From: an uncultured Pseudomonadota bacterium
Lineage (GTDB): Bacteria; Oederibacteriota; Muellerivitia; Muellerivitales; Muellerivitaceae
Assembly (NCBI GenBank): GCA_963770835.1
Contig: CAVYRH010000004.1
Span: 644,764 to 708,763, forward strand
Reading direction: 5' to 3'
Length of the DNA: 64,000 bases
The notes under the pieces: model-generated
Told to the model about the DNA's origin: nothing
The model's input: the letters and a program-made list of their open reading frames with translations, nothing else
Databases searched by the model: none
Part shown: in pieces, positions 44,810 through 53,281 of the stretch
How positions within the stretch are numbered: the first letter of the stretch is position 1
Layout: each line of letters begins with the position of its first letter
Translations under genes and position numbers: made by a program

Positions 44810-45100
44810 ATGGCCCCTAAAAATAGTCCCAGTTCCCATGAAATAACCTTCGGCTTGCTGTTCCTATTGGTGTTTTGTTCGGTGGGGGCAAGGTTGATCG
44901 ATTTTCCGCCACTGACGAATAACCTAATTATCTTTGCTTCGGCGTTTTCGATGGCGGTCTTGGTTATTACCCAGTATATGGGCCTCAAGATCGAGGGAAT
45001 GGTGGTGAGATTGACGGTGGCGGTACCTTTAATTCTTTTCGCCGTCCTAGTGGGAATCTTATTAATGGATATCGCCCATGTGCCACTGCCCCATCTTTGA
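44810..45100 (+). CDS. Second cytochrome c oxidase subunit IV-like protein
   Basis: GAGGAGG RBS; NNLIIF...TQYMGLKIEG parallels NNLAIF...FQYMNLKGEG of 43436-43732. Confidence 0.7.
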   Translation: MAPKNSPSSHEITFGLLFLLVFCSVGARLIDFPPLTNNLIIFASAFSMAVLVITQYMGLKIEGMVVRLTVAVPLILFAVLVGILLMDIAHVPLPHL

Positions 45101-45197
45101 TCCACCCGTACTCCGGGTAAGACCTTTCTCGAGCTTCGTGGAGTCCCCGGGCAAGGCCGGGGGTGAAAGGCGGCGTCTTTAAAGCCTCCGTCATCAA

Positions 45198-45213
45198 TAT
45201 GACCCGGATCATA
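45198..45213. promoter_or_regulatory. TATGA-N6-TCATA site
   Basis: caaTATGACCCGGATCATAttg; TAAACT at 45235 (gap 21). Confidence 0.8.
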
Positions 45214-45277
45214 TTGGGCCCTGTTTTGTCCTCTTAAACTAGGACGCTACCTCCAACACGGGGGTGGAGGAGGCTTT

Positions 45278-46099
45278 ATGATCGCTGTCCAGTCAAAACC
45301 CGAGGAGACCACCCCGGAAACGTTCGAGAAATTTGACAAGCCAAACGCCAAGAATTGGGATGGCCTTTCCCGCATGGCCTTCGCGGCCAATTGGGACCCG
45401 GAGTCCGCCATCAACTGGGACCTGCCGATTGAATTGGGCCAGGTGAGGGAAGGATGGATCAATATCCTGCATTACTTCTATGAGGGGGAATGGCAGGGGC
45501 TGGAAATCATCCAACGGCTGATGAACAAGGCATCGCACTTATTCAAAAATCCGGAGATGGTGACTTACTATTCCACCCAATGCAGTGATGAGGCAAAACA
45601 CCTGTTCGTCTTCCGCCGGTACCTCCAAAAACTTAATTCGCCTCCCTCCAAGCAAAAGGCCTTCGACCTCCTGGTCTGGTTGGCGACTTCCGGGCCCATG
45701 GCAGTGGAACGCTGGATTCTCGGGACTTTCTTCACTGAAACCATGGCGGGAGCCATATTCCAGAAAACCCTGGAACTCCCGGCGATCGACCCCACGGGCA
45801 AGGAAATGATCCGCTGGCAGTTGAAGGACGAATCCCGGCATATCGCGGGCACCAAATTAGGGGTTCAAACCCTCATGAATCATTGTGGGCCCGTGAAAAC
45901 CCGGATCCTGAAACTTTGGTGGAAGCTATTCGTGAAGCTGGCGATTAAGGAAGTGCGGGCTTTAAAGCCTTATGGCGACCAAGTTGGCATGGATCCGGAG
46001 TACATATTGAGGCGGTCCTTCGCCAAAATGGCGGAGCTCAAGGAATTCCAAGAAAAGTTCCTCGATAATCCCCAAGCCCGGTTTTTTCTGAGGGGTTGA
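45278..46099 (+). CDS. Ferritin-like di-iron enzyme (AurF/acyl-ACP-desaturase-like fold)
   Basis: NWDPESAINWD, YEGEWQG, QCSDEAKH, FTETMA, KDESRHI. Confidence 0.8.
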   Translation: MIAVQSKPEETTPETFEKFDKPNAKNWDGLSRMAFAANWDPESAINWDLPIELGQVREGWINILHYFYEGEWQGLEIIQRLMNKASHLFKNPEMVTYYSTQCSDEAKHLFVFRRYLQKLNSPPSKQKAFDLLVWLATSGPMAVERWILGTFFTETMAGAIFQKTLELPAIDPTGKEMIRWQLKDESRHIAGTKLGVQTLMNHCGPVKTRILKLWWKLFVKLAIKEVRALKPYGDQVGMDPEYILRRSFAKMAELKEFQEKFLDNPQARFFLRG

Positions 46100-47376
46100 T
46101 GATGGAATCCAACTCGTTTCAGGGTTCTTTTTTCCGGTTCACTAGCCGGTTTACCCAATGGTTCCCCCATGGGGGGGCGAAACTCTTGGACGGCCTTTTT
46201 TTCCCAATTTTGAGCAACGGATTCCTATTGCGCCATTTTCAAGGCAGGAATTTGAAAATGTTGAAGGGCATTCGTTCCTTTCGCCGCCTGCTCGTCATTG
46301 CGGACATCCATATCGGCGACGCCGTCCTGGCCCAGACGGCCGTGCCGGCCTTAAAGGATTTTTTCCCCGAAGCCCAAGTGGATTTCGCGGTCAAGAAGTC
46401 CGTGGGGAGCCTTGTGGGGGGCCATCCCGACCTCTCACAGGTCTGGCCCATCTTCACAGGCGGGCAATTTCCCAATGCGGGGGATATCCTTGGCATCCAG
46501 GAACTATCGGCGGAGTACGACGCCGTTTTCAATTTTTGCCCCTTCTTCGGGGAGAATCATTTCCCCAAGGAAAGCAGGGTTTTCCACGTTACGAGCCATG
46601 TCTCCGTTTTTGCCCGCAATGAACGGAGGCCGGACCCGCCGAACCATATCACTTACCAAGTCCATCGGTTTATTTATGACCTGTTATCATCCTTGTTTCC
46701 GATCCGCCGGGCCCGCCTTTTCGAGAGCCCGCAAGTTTCCCTGTCGCCGGAAGCGATACGGGAAGCGAACGATTTCATGCAATCCTTCACCCCGCCGGAT
46801 GGGGACGCCGTTGTGTTCCTCAACCCCGATACCGCCTCGCCCTTTACCCAGATTCCTTTCCGGTTCCAAGCGGAGATTCTGAAAGGCCTCGCCGACTTAC
46901 CCTGCCGAATTCTTTTGGGCGAGGGGCACACCGACAGGGGAATCGGCGAAAAATTATTATGGACCCTCCCGCTCCTAAAACGCGGCCGGGTTCAACTGGT
47001 TCCCGCCAGGCTTTCCCTGGAAACCTACACGGCTTTAATCGACCACAGCGATTTATTTCTTTCGGGCGATACGGGGCCCCTCCACCTGGCGGCTGCCCGC
47101 AAAACGGACAAGAGTGGAAAAAGTCAACTGCACAACCGCACGACGGTTTTCAGCGTATTCGGGGCCACCCCTCCCCGTTTTTCGGGATATGACTCCGGCC
47201 CGGGGTTCTTGGAGAGTGGACAGGATGCACCCGCCAAAGCCTACCAATCGGAAAGCGCTTGTCGGAACATCACTTGCATTCACAAGATGGGAAAGGTTTG
47301 TGACGCGAAGGGTTGCTTTGAGGATCTTGACTCAAAAAAAATACTAGCCGATATCCGAACCCGGATAGGGGGTTGA
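46096..47376 (+). CDS. Glycosyltransferase family 9 protein
   Basis: HIGDAVL, LKDFFPEAQVDF, LETYTALIDHSDLFLSGDTGPLHLAAA, VFGAT. Confidence 0.85.
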   Translation: MMMESNSFQGSFFRFTSRFTQWFPHGGAKLLDGLFFPILSNGFLLRHFQGRNLKMLKGIRSFRRLLVIADIHIGDAVLAQTAVPALKDFFPEAQVDFAVKKSVGSLVGGHPDLSQVWPIFTGGQFPNAGDILGIQELSAEYDAVFNFCPFFGENHFPKESRVFHVTSHVSVFARNERRPDPPNHITYQVHRFIYDLLSSLFPIRRARLFESPQVSLSPEAIREANDFMQSFTPPDGDAVVFLNPDTASPFTQIPFRFQAEILKGLADLPCRILLGEGHTDRGIGEKLLWTLPLLKRGRVQLVPARLSLETYTALIDHSDLFLSGDTGPLHLAAARKTDKSGKSQLHNRTTVFSVFGATPPRFSGYDSGPGFLESGQDAPAKAYQSESACRNITCIHKMGKVCDAKGCFEDLDSKKILADIRTRIGG

Positions 47377-47401
47377 AGGCTTTCTGCACTGGAAGCGGTT
47401 C

Positions 47402-47590
47402 TTAACAACTGGGCTTTTTGCCCGCCCGATGCCGCGCCGCTCCCTCCGTATTCCTTCGCCTGAGCCATTCACCATAGTCGGAAGTGTGGGGGCAACTTTG
47501 GCAGGTGGAGTGGATGAAGGTATAAGCCCTTCGCTTCCACCGGCGATGCTGTTCCTCAAAAAACAACTCCAAAATCCTGGAATCCTTCAT
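47402..47590 (-). CDS. Candidate 62-aa protein with HSTCQSCPH motif
   Basis: AAGGAG RBS before ATG 47590; faces a palindrome plus -10; no family recognised. Confidence 0.45.
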   Translation of the reverse strand: MKDSRILELFFEEQHRRWKRRAYTFIHSTCQSCPHTSDYGEWLRRRNTEGAARHRAGKKPSC

Positions 47591-47656
47591 GATGGACTCC
47601 TTTTTTAAAGGACTTTCTTGCCATGATTATCATAAGGGATTGAAGATTTCGGCCTT

Positions 47657-47672
47657 TATGACTCTCGTCATT
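47657..47672. promoter_or_regulatory. TATGA-N6-TCATA-like site
   Basis: TATGA CTCTCG TCATT; minus-strand TATGAT (47634-47629) 22 nt away. Confidence 0.7.
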
Positions 47673-47743
47673 CTGCGTTGGCTCAAAATTGGAAATATTT
47701 CCTCATGAAAAGGCCATAAAAACGAACTTCCACAAAAAAGAGG

Positions 47744-47774
47744 TATGACTTGGATCATTATGACCAAGGTCATA
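47744..47774. promoter_or_regulatory. Two abutting TATGA-N6-TCATA sites upstream of the Crp/Fnr gene
   Basis: TATGACTTGGATCATT (47744-47759) and TATGACCAAGGTCATA (47759-47774); TACCAT at 47796 (gap 21). Confidence 0.8.
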
Positions 47775-47879
47775 CTGCGGGCAAGGGTACCCTCCTACCA
47801 TGAGTTGGACAGGTTCGAACCGCTCCAAAGGAGCCGCACCATGTTTCATATACAACCCGCCGCCGGCAGGAGGCCTTTT

Positions 47880-48539
47880 ATGCCAGCCAAGTCTTTTATC
47901 TCCAATCTTGATATCTTCAAAAAGATACCCGCTCCCCAATTGGCCGAGATTGAAAAAAAGATGGTGGAGAAAAAATACGCCAAGGGCGAATCGCTGTTCC
48001 TGGAAGGGGACCCGGCTGAAAACGTTTGGTTCGTCAAGGAAGGCCACGTGAAGGCCGTCATCCATACCACCGGGGGGAAAGATTTGACCCTGTGCATGGT
48101 CGGCGCCAACAGCCTGTTCGGCACCTGTTGTTGTTTTGGAGGCGGACAATATCCCTGCCATACCGTTGCGGAGACGGAAGTGACGGTGGTTTCCTATCCC
48201 ATGCAGGAATTTTTGGCCCTCATTGAAAAGTACCCCGAAATGTCCAAGGTGGTTATCCTCCAGCTTTCCAACCGGCTGCGCCAGTCCAAGGACATGCAGA
48301 CTTTCGACAAAGAAAGCGTTGAGAAAAGAATCCTGCACGTCCTGGTCAATCTCGTATCCGAATTTGGAAACACCATTCCCCTCACCCGCCGGGAGATTTC
48401 CGAAATGACTGGCACTACCGTGGAGACCTGTATCCGGACTTTTTCAATCCTTGAGAAGGACGGATTGGTTTCCAGCGCAAGGGGGAAGATCACAGTGAAG
48501 AACATCCAGGACCTGACAACGCGCCTGGAAGAACTCTGA
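47880..48539 (+). CDS. Crp/Fnr-family transcriptional regulator with Cys-rich effector domain
   Basis: LFLEGDPAENVWFVKEGHVK, SLFGTCCCFGGGQYPCH, HTH LTRREISEMTGTTVETCIRTFS; start ATG 47880 (CAGGAGG), alternative ATG 47841. Confidence 0.92.
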   Translation: MPAKSFISNLDIFKKIPAPQLAEIEKKMVEKKYAKGESLFLEGDPAENVWFVKEGHVKAVIHTTGGKDLTLCMVGANSLFGTCCCFGGGQYPCHTVAETEVTVVSYPMQEFLALIEKYPEMSKVVILQLSNRLRQSKDMQTFDKESVEKRILHVLVNLVSEFGNTIPLTRREISEMTGTTVETCIRTFSILEKDGLVSSARGKITVKNIQDLTTRLEEL

Positions 48540-48622
48540 CAACCCCGGAATCACTTCGGCGCTAACAAACTAAAATCCCTCAGTAAAACGGAATCCGTCG
48601 GTGTTTCAGGAAGGGTTAGGTC

Positions 48623-48841
48623 TTAAAGGATGCCGCGGAAAACCTCAGAGGGTTTGCAAGCAAGAGCCCGCACGATGTTGAAAATTTTGGTGATGGAGGG
48701 GTTCCGAGAGCCTTTTTCAATGTAACTAACATAGACAGGATGGATTTCGGCATACCCTGCCAATTTCTCTTGGGTCCAACCGCGTCTCTTACGAATAGCC
48801 CTGACGTTTTTTCCTAACTTCTTCAAATTAATTTGATCCAT
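48623..48841 (-). CDS. XRE-family HTH regulator
   Basis: LGKNVRAIRKRRGWTQEKLAGYAEIHPVYVSYIEKGSRNPSI. Confidence 0.9.
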   Translation of the reverse strand: MDQINLKKLGKNVRAIRKRRGWTQEKLAGYAEIHPVYVSYIEKGSRNPSITKIFNIVRALACKPSEVFRGIL

Positions 48842-48953
48842 TAGTTCTCTCCAAATTTGAGAACCGTTTCAGGATTTATCCTTTAACGATCCGTTAATTA
48901 GCCGTCCGTCAAGTTTGGCTAACTCAAAGTTAAGACAAGTTGAGGAAAGTCCT

Positions 48954-48969
48954 TATGATTTGGGTCATA
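48954..48969. promoter_or_regulatory. TATGA-N6-TCATA site
   Basis: TATGA TTTGGG TCATA; minus-strand TAACTT (48932-48927) 21 nt away, facing the XRE gene. Confidence 0.75.
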
Positions 48970-49086
48970 GTGGCGCCGCGGAAGAATTAATTTAGAAGGA
49001 AAGAAAAAGGGAAACCATTCCGGCTGGAACGAAATTTTATTCCTAAACAAGTCCCAGATTAAAATTTAAGATGGATCAGAGTAATT

Positions 49087-49313
49087 TCAGCTTAATCGAC
49101 CGGTTTGATAATCGGAAAAGGCTTGTTTCAGTTCGCCAAGCGTATTCATGACAAAAGGGCCGCCCCGGACAACGGGCTCATTCAATTTTGGGCCGACGCG
49201 AAAAGAAGATGGACTGGTTTTTCGCCCCCGGGCTGCAAACGAACGGAGTCGCCATCCCCAAAAACACCAAGGTGGCCCCCGGCAACGTCAGTTGGGAGGG
49301 GTCGGAATCCTCC
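49087..49313 (-). pseudogene. Pirin C-terminal remnant (5'-truncated, frameshifted)
   Basis: Minus strand VAGGHLGVFGDGDSVRLQPGGEKPVHLLFASAQ, frameshift near 49186-49190, then KLNEPVVRGGPFVMNTLGELKQAFSDYQTGRLS*; GPFVMNT is the pirin C-terminal signature; in-frame TAA at 49316-49314, no start. Confidence 0.75.
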
Positions 49314-49744
49314 TTAATTTAATTCGGAATTTCCATAGAAAATCAACAAAGTGATCGCGCCAATGGCGCTTGCAATAAGAGCGAGATTATTTTGGAATTT
49401 AGGACAGAAAAACAACAGAAAATTATTTTTTGATAAAAAATAAAATTAATTAGAATTTTGGCAACAATAATCTATTTAACTGGGGGTTTAACAGCCCTAA
49501 AGGCCTATTTCGTCATTGTTTTACCCTTTAATTGTTTCTAAATTATTAAAGCAAAACTGATTTTAGTCATCTTTCGTTTGTTGTCTTCGGTTTAAGGTTA
49601 ATCAGTTAACAAAATCGGGGCCGACATGTTCATTTCAATAGATGAAGATATATTCTTTGTGCACGGAAAAAGCCAGGACGTTAAATTCTCTATCATCATT
49701 TTTTGCCCAAATTGTTGCAGAATCGATTCCAAGGGGTGGTTGCC

Positions 49745-50965
49745 ATGAGAAGAGTGGCTGTTACAGGCTTGGGAGTCATCTCCCCACTTGGAGGGGACGT
49801 TGAAACGACCTGGAAAGCCATGGTGGAGGGAAAAATCGGGGTGGAAAAACTCCGACTCATCGATCCAACCCCTTACCGGGTGAAAGTCGGGGGGGAAATC
49901 AAGGATCGCAGCCGGATCGAGGTTTTTGAAAGAGAGCATGCCGGCAAGTATGAACGGTCGGCTGTTCTCTCCATCCTGGCGACGCAAGAAGCACTGGCTA
50001 AGGGAGGTTTGGCGCCCGCCGACCTGGAAAGCCAACGGTTAGGCAGCTTTTTTGGAACCACCATGGGGGAAGTCCAACTAGCCGAACGATTGTCCGCCGG
50101 CCAGGTTCAAAGCCCACCCGCGAAAATCGATCCCGGTAGTTTCCACAAAGTCCAGGGATCCCACATCGCTTTCTCCGTTTTGGATTACTTGGGCCTCGCG
50201 GGTCAAACCATGGTTTTCTGCAACGCCTGTGCCTCAGGCAATTACGCCATCGGGTGGGGTTTCGATCAGATCCGGCAAGGCTATTTGGACGTCGCTATTT
50301 GCGGCGGGGTCGATGCCTTCTCACGAGTGGCCTTCACGGGTTTTAACCGGCTGCTTTCCTTGACACCGGACAAATGTAAGCCTTTTTCCGCCAACCGAAA
50401 GGGGCTGGCAGTTAGCGAGGGCGTGGGTGTCCTTTTATTGGAGGATTTTGAAAAGGCCGAGGCGCGGGGCGTCCATGTTTACTGCGAGATCGCCGGTTAC
50501 GGCCTTGGAATGGACGCTTTCCACATGACTTCTCCCCATCCAGAGGGCATGGGTGCCTTTGAAAGCATCCAACGGGCCATGGCCCAGGCCAATATCAATC
50601 CCCAGGAAGTGGATTTCATTTCCGCCCACGGCACGGGAACCCCCGCCAACGATAAAACCGAATCCATCGCCATCAAAAAAATTTTCGGCCCAGACTGCCG
50701 GATCCCTGTTGATTCTATTAAGTCCATGATCGGCCATACCATGGGAGCCGCCAGCGCCATTGAGGCGGCCATGACCTCTCTTACCCTCGACCGCGGAATC
50801 CTTCTGCCAACCATGAACTGGGAGGTCGCCGATGAAAATTGCATCGCTGATTGCGTGCCGAACCAGTCCCGGCCGTTCAAAGGGCATTTGGCCCTGTCCA
50901 ATTCATTTGCTTTCGGCGGAAACACGTCCTGCCTGGTAATGACCAAGAAGGAAGAAACCCCATGA
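49745..50965 (+). CDS. fabF: Beta-ketoacyl-ACP synthase (FabF / KS-alpha type)
   Basis: RRVAVTGLG, catalytic Cys NACASG, AHGTGT, GHTMG, NSFAFGGN. Confidence 0.92.
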   Translation: MRRVAVTGLGVISPLGGDVETTWKAMVEGKIGVEKLRLIDPTPYRVKVGGEIKDRSRIEVFEREHAGKYERSAVLSILATQEALAKGGLAPADLESQRLGSFFGTTMGEVQLAERLSAGQVQSPPAKIDPGSFHKVQGSHIAFSVLDYLGLAGQTMVFCNACASGNYAIGWGFDQIRQGYLDVAICGGVDAFSRVAFTGFNRLLSLTPDKCKPFSANRKGLAVSEGVGVLLLEDFEKAEARGVHVYCEIAGYGLGMDAFHMTSPHPEGMGAFESIQRAMAQANINPQEVDFISAHGTGTPANDKTESIAIKKIFGPDCRIPVDSIKSMIGHTMGAASAIEAAMTSLTLDRGILLPTMNWEVADENCIADCVPNQSRPFKGHLALSNSFAFGGNTSCLVMTKKEETP

Positions 50966-51861
50966 GGCCCCTATTCCTCCTGCGAAAGGGAGAAGCCCTT
51001 CTGGGCCGGGACGGATTGACCCTGGATGTGCTGTCGGCGGAATTCAAAAAAACCTTCCCGCAGGAAGACCCACGGTACATCGACAACGTTTCCAAACTAG
51101 CCGGGATCGCGGCGAGCCGGGCTTGGGAAGGTGGGGACGAAGGGCTTAGCGGTGAATTCCGGAAGGATTTCGCAGTTATCGTGGGAAGCGCTTTTGGGGC
51201 TATCGACAGCACGGTGGATTTCGACGCTCTGGCCCTCCAAAAAGGCCCCAATGCGGTGAATCCCATGGATTTTCCCAATACGGTCGCGAACGCAGCGGGA
51301 AGCCGGATCGGGATATGGATGCAGCTCAAAGGGCCCAACGTGACCCTGACCAATGGAAGCACATCGTTCCTGGACGCAATCGGGTTCGGGCTCCAAGGAT
51401 ACAACAACGGACTTTTCCAGTATTGTTTAGTGGGAGCTGTAGATAAAATGCCGACTTTTCTCAAGCCTTTGGCGATTCGGGATTCCAAACTTCCCGAATT
51501 CTTGGAAGGGTCCTGTTTTTTCCTAGCCTCGGGTTCGGCGGAAGGGGAGACCCTGGGCCAAGTCACCGACTATTTCACACTCCAATTGAAGGCCGACCTC
51601 AGTCTTCCGCCAGCTTTTCTCCATCATTTTGAGGAACTCGGGGAAGGGGTAGAATGGCTAGGTTGTCCGGAGGGAACTCCGCTGGAATCCCATTTTCCTC
51701 AAAGAGTTATTCGTCACTTTCTGCCTTCGTCGTTCATGGAATTGGGATTGGGGGGCATGCAGTCCTTGAATACTTTTCTTAAATCCTCTTCTTCCTGTGG
51801 GGTGATTGCTGCTTTTTCAAAACCAGAAAGAAAAATGTCTTTCGTTAAAATTAAAAAATAA
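50962..51861 (+). CDS. Catalytically inactive KS / chain-length-factor-like protein
   Basis: FPNTVANAAGSRIGI...GPNVTLTNGSTSF (no Cys at the ACxS position); no catalytic His motifs; ATGA overlap with KS. Confidence 0.8.
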   Translation: MRPLFLLRKGEALLGRDGLTLDVLSAEFKKTFPQEDPRYIDNVSKLAGIAASRAWEGGDEGLSGEFRKDFAVIVGSAFGAIDSTVDFDALALQKGPNAVNPMDFPNTVANAAGSRIGIWMQLKGPNVTLTNGSTSFLDAIGFGLQGYNNGLFQYCLVGAVDKMPTFLKPLAIRDSKLPEFLEGSCFFLASGSAEGETLGQVTDYFTLQLKADLSLPPAFLHHFEELGEGVEWLGCPEGTPLESHFPQRVIRHFLPSSFMELGLGGMQSLNTFLKSSSSCGVIAAFSKPERKMSFVKIKK

Positions 51862-51877
51862 AAAGGAGTCTTTGAAA

Positions 51878-52123
51878 ATGGAAACCATCGAAATCAAATC
51901 AAAAATCAAGGAAATCATTGGAGAAATGTTCGAGGTCAAGCCGGTGGATATTCGAGATGACAATCCTTTCAACCAAATGGCCAATTACAATTCCATGCGA
52001 GCCTTGGAATTCTTAGCGAAACTGGAAACAGAATTCAACATCCTCATTGACCCGGATATGTTACCGAAGATGGTGTCGGTGGGAAAATCTACTCAGGTCG
52101 TCGAGGAACTTCTACGTGGCTAG
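51878..52123 (+). CDS. Acyl carrier protein
   Basis: AAGGAG RBS; 81 aa; NYNSMRALE (Ser attachment site), LETEFNI. Confidence 0.85.
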   Translation: METIEIKSKIKEIIGEMFEVKPVDIRDDNPFNQMANYNSMRALEFLAKLETEFNILIDPDMLPKMVSVGKSTQVVEELLRG

Positions 52124-52565
52124 TTCTTCTCCCGCGCCCGAAGTCCCGGTTTTAGACTTCTTAAAACAGCGGTTCCCCATCCTCATGGTGGATCGAGTCT
52201 TGTCCTATGAGAAGGGCCGGAAGATTCAGACCTTGAAAAACATTTCGGCAGATGAAATCCATTTCCAGGGGCATTTTCCAGGCTATCCTGTGTTTCCAGG
52301 AGTTTTAACCATCGAATGTTTTGCTCAAACGGCGGCTATTTTAATCCGTATGATTGACGGAGAATCACCCGGCGTGTTCGACGTGATCGGCTCGGTGATG
52401 GATTTCCGGTTTCTTCGACCACTTTTTCCCGGGGACCGGCTGGAAGTCTGGATGGAAATCACCAAGGCCGCCGGGACCAACCGTATCATCGAAGGAAAAG
52501 GTTTTGTGGGTGAAGAGATGGTGGCCTCCGGTAAATTCACATTTGGAAAGTTGGCGTTGCCATGA
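52116..52565 (+). CDS. fabZ: FabZ-type 3-hydroxyacyl-ACP dehydratase
   Basis: QRFPILMVDRV, FQGHFPGYPVFPGVLTIECFAQ, FLRPLFPGD; GTG 52116. Confidence 0.88.
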   Translation: MASSSPAPEVPVLDFLKQRFPILMVDRVLSYEKGRKIQTLKNISADEIHFQGHFPGYPVFPGVLTIECFAQTAAILIRMIDGESPGVFDVIGSVMDFRFLRPLFPGDRLEVWMEITKAAGTNRIIEGKGFVGEEMVASGKFTFGKLALP

Positions 52566-53281
52566 AAAAAGTCGTCGTCTCCGGGGGCTCTTCTGGAATC
52601 GGCAAAAGTCTGGTGACAATCTTCGCGGAGGCCGGGTGGAAGGTCCATTTTACCTTCCATTCCAACGAATCCGCGGCGCGGGAGATCGAAAAGAGTTTTG
52701 AGGGAAAGGCTAAGGCCCACCAGCTGGACGTCGGCGATCGGGAGGCTTGCGACGTATTCTGCAAGGAAGTTCTGGGCGAGGAAAAAAGCATCGACGTTCT
52801 TATAAATAATGCCGGCATTACCAGGGACAAGCCGCTGTTTTCCATGCAAGATTCAGACTGGTCCGACGTGCTCCAAACGAATCTTTCGGGGGTTTTCCAT
52901 CTCACCCGGCGGTTCGCCCTGGATATGTTGAAAAAGAAGAAAGGGCGCATTATCAATATCTCCTCCATCTCCGGTATCCATGGACTCCCGGGTCAAACCA
53001 ATTACTCCGCCTCCAAAGCCGGAATCATTGGTTTTACCAAAGCCCTCGCTAAGGAAACGGGGCCCTTCGGCGTAACAGCCAACGTTGTTGCGCCTGGCGG
53101 GGTTATGACGCCCATGATTGAGATACTGGCACCGCAAGCCAGGGAAGTCCTCCTGCGAACCGTTCCCGTGCACCGCTTTTGCGAACCTCGCGAAGTGGCT
53201 CAGGTTGTTTTTTTTCTAGCTGAGGGGGCCCCGGATTATTTAAACGGAAGTGTTATTGTCCTCGACGGTGGGGCAGGTTGA
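52562..53281 (+). CDS. fabG: FabG-type 3-oxoacyl-ACP reductase
   Basis: SGGSSGIG, LINNAGITRD, YSASKAG, NVVAPG. Confidence 0.92.
   Translation: MKKVVVSGGSSGIGKSLVTIFAEAGWKVHFTFHSNESAAREIEKSFEGKAKAHQLDVGDREACDVFCKEVLGEEKSIDVLINNAGITRDKPLFSMQDSDWSDVLQTNLSGVFHLTRRFALDMLKKKKGRIINISSISGIHGLPGQTNYSASKAGIIGFTKALAKETGPFGVTANVVAPGGVMTPMIEILAPQAREVLLRTVPVHRFCEPREVAQVVFFLAEGAPDYLNGSVIVLDGGAG

Noticed and set aside
47745-47879. ORF-track N-terminal extensions (also at 3971-5788, 8727-9683, 2256-2996, 40241-41077)
   Set aside because: They overlap upstream genes or regulatory palindromes and lack an RBS; downstream starts with an RBS fit the family N-termini.
48623-49744. XRE gene plus AT-rich DNA as a prophage or IS end
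   Set aside because: No integrase, transposase, terminal inverted repeat or target-site duplication was found.
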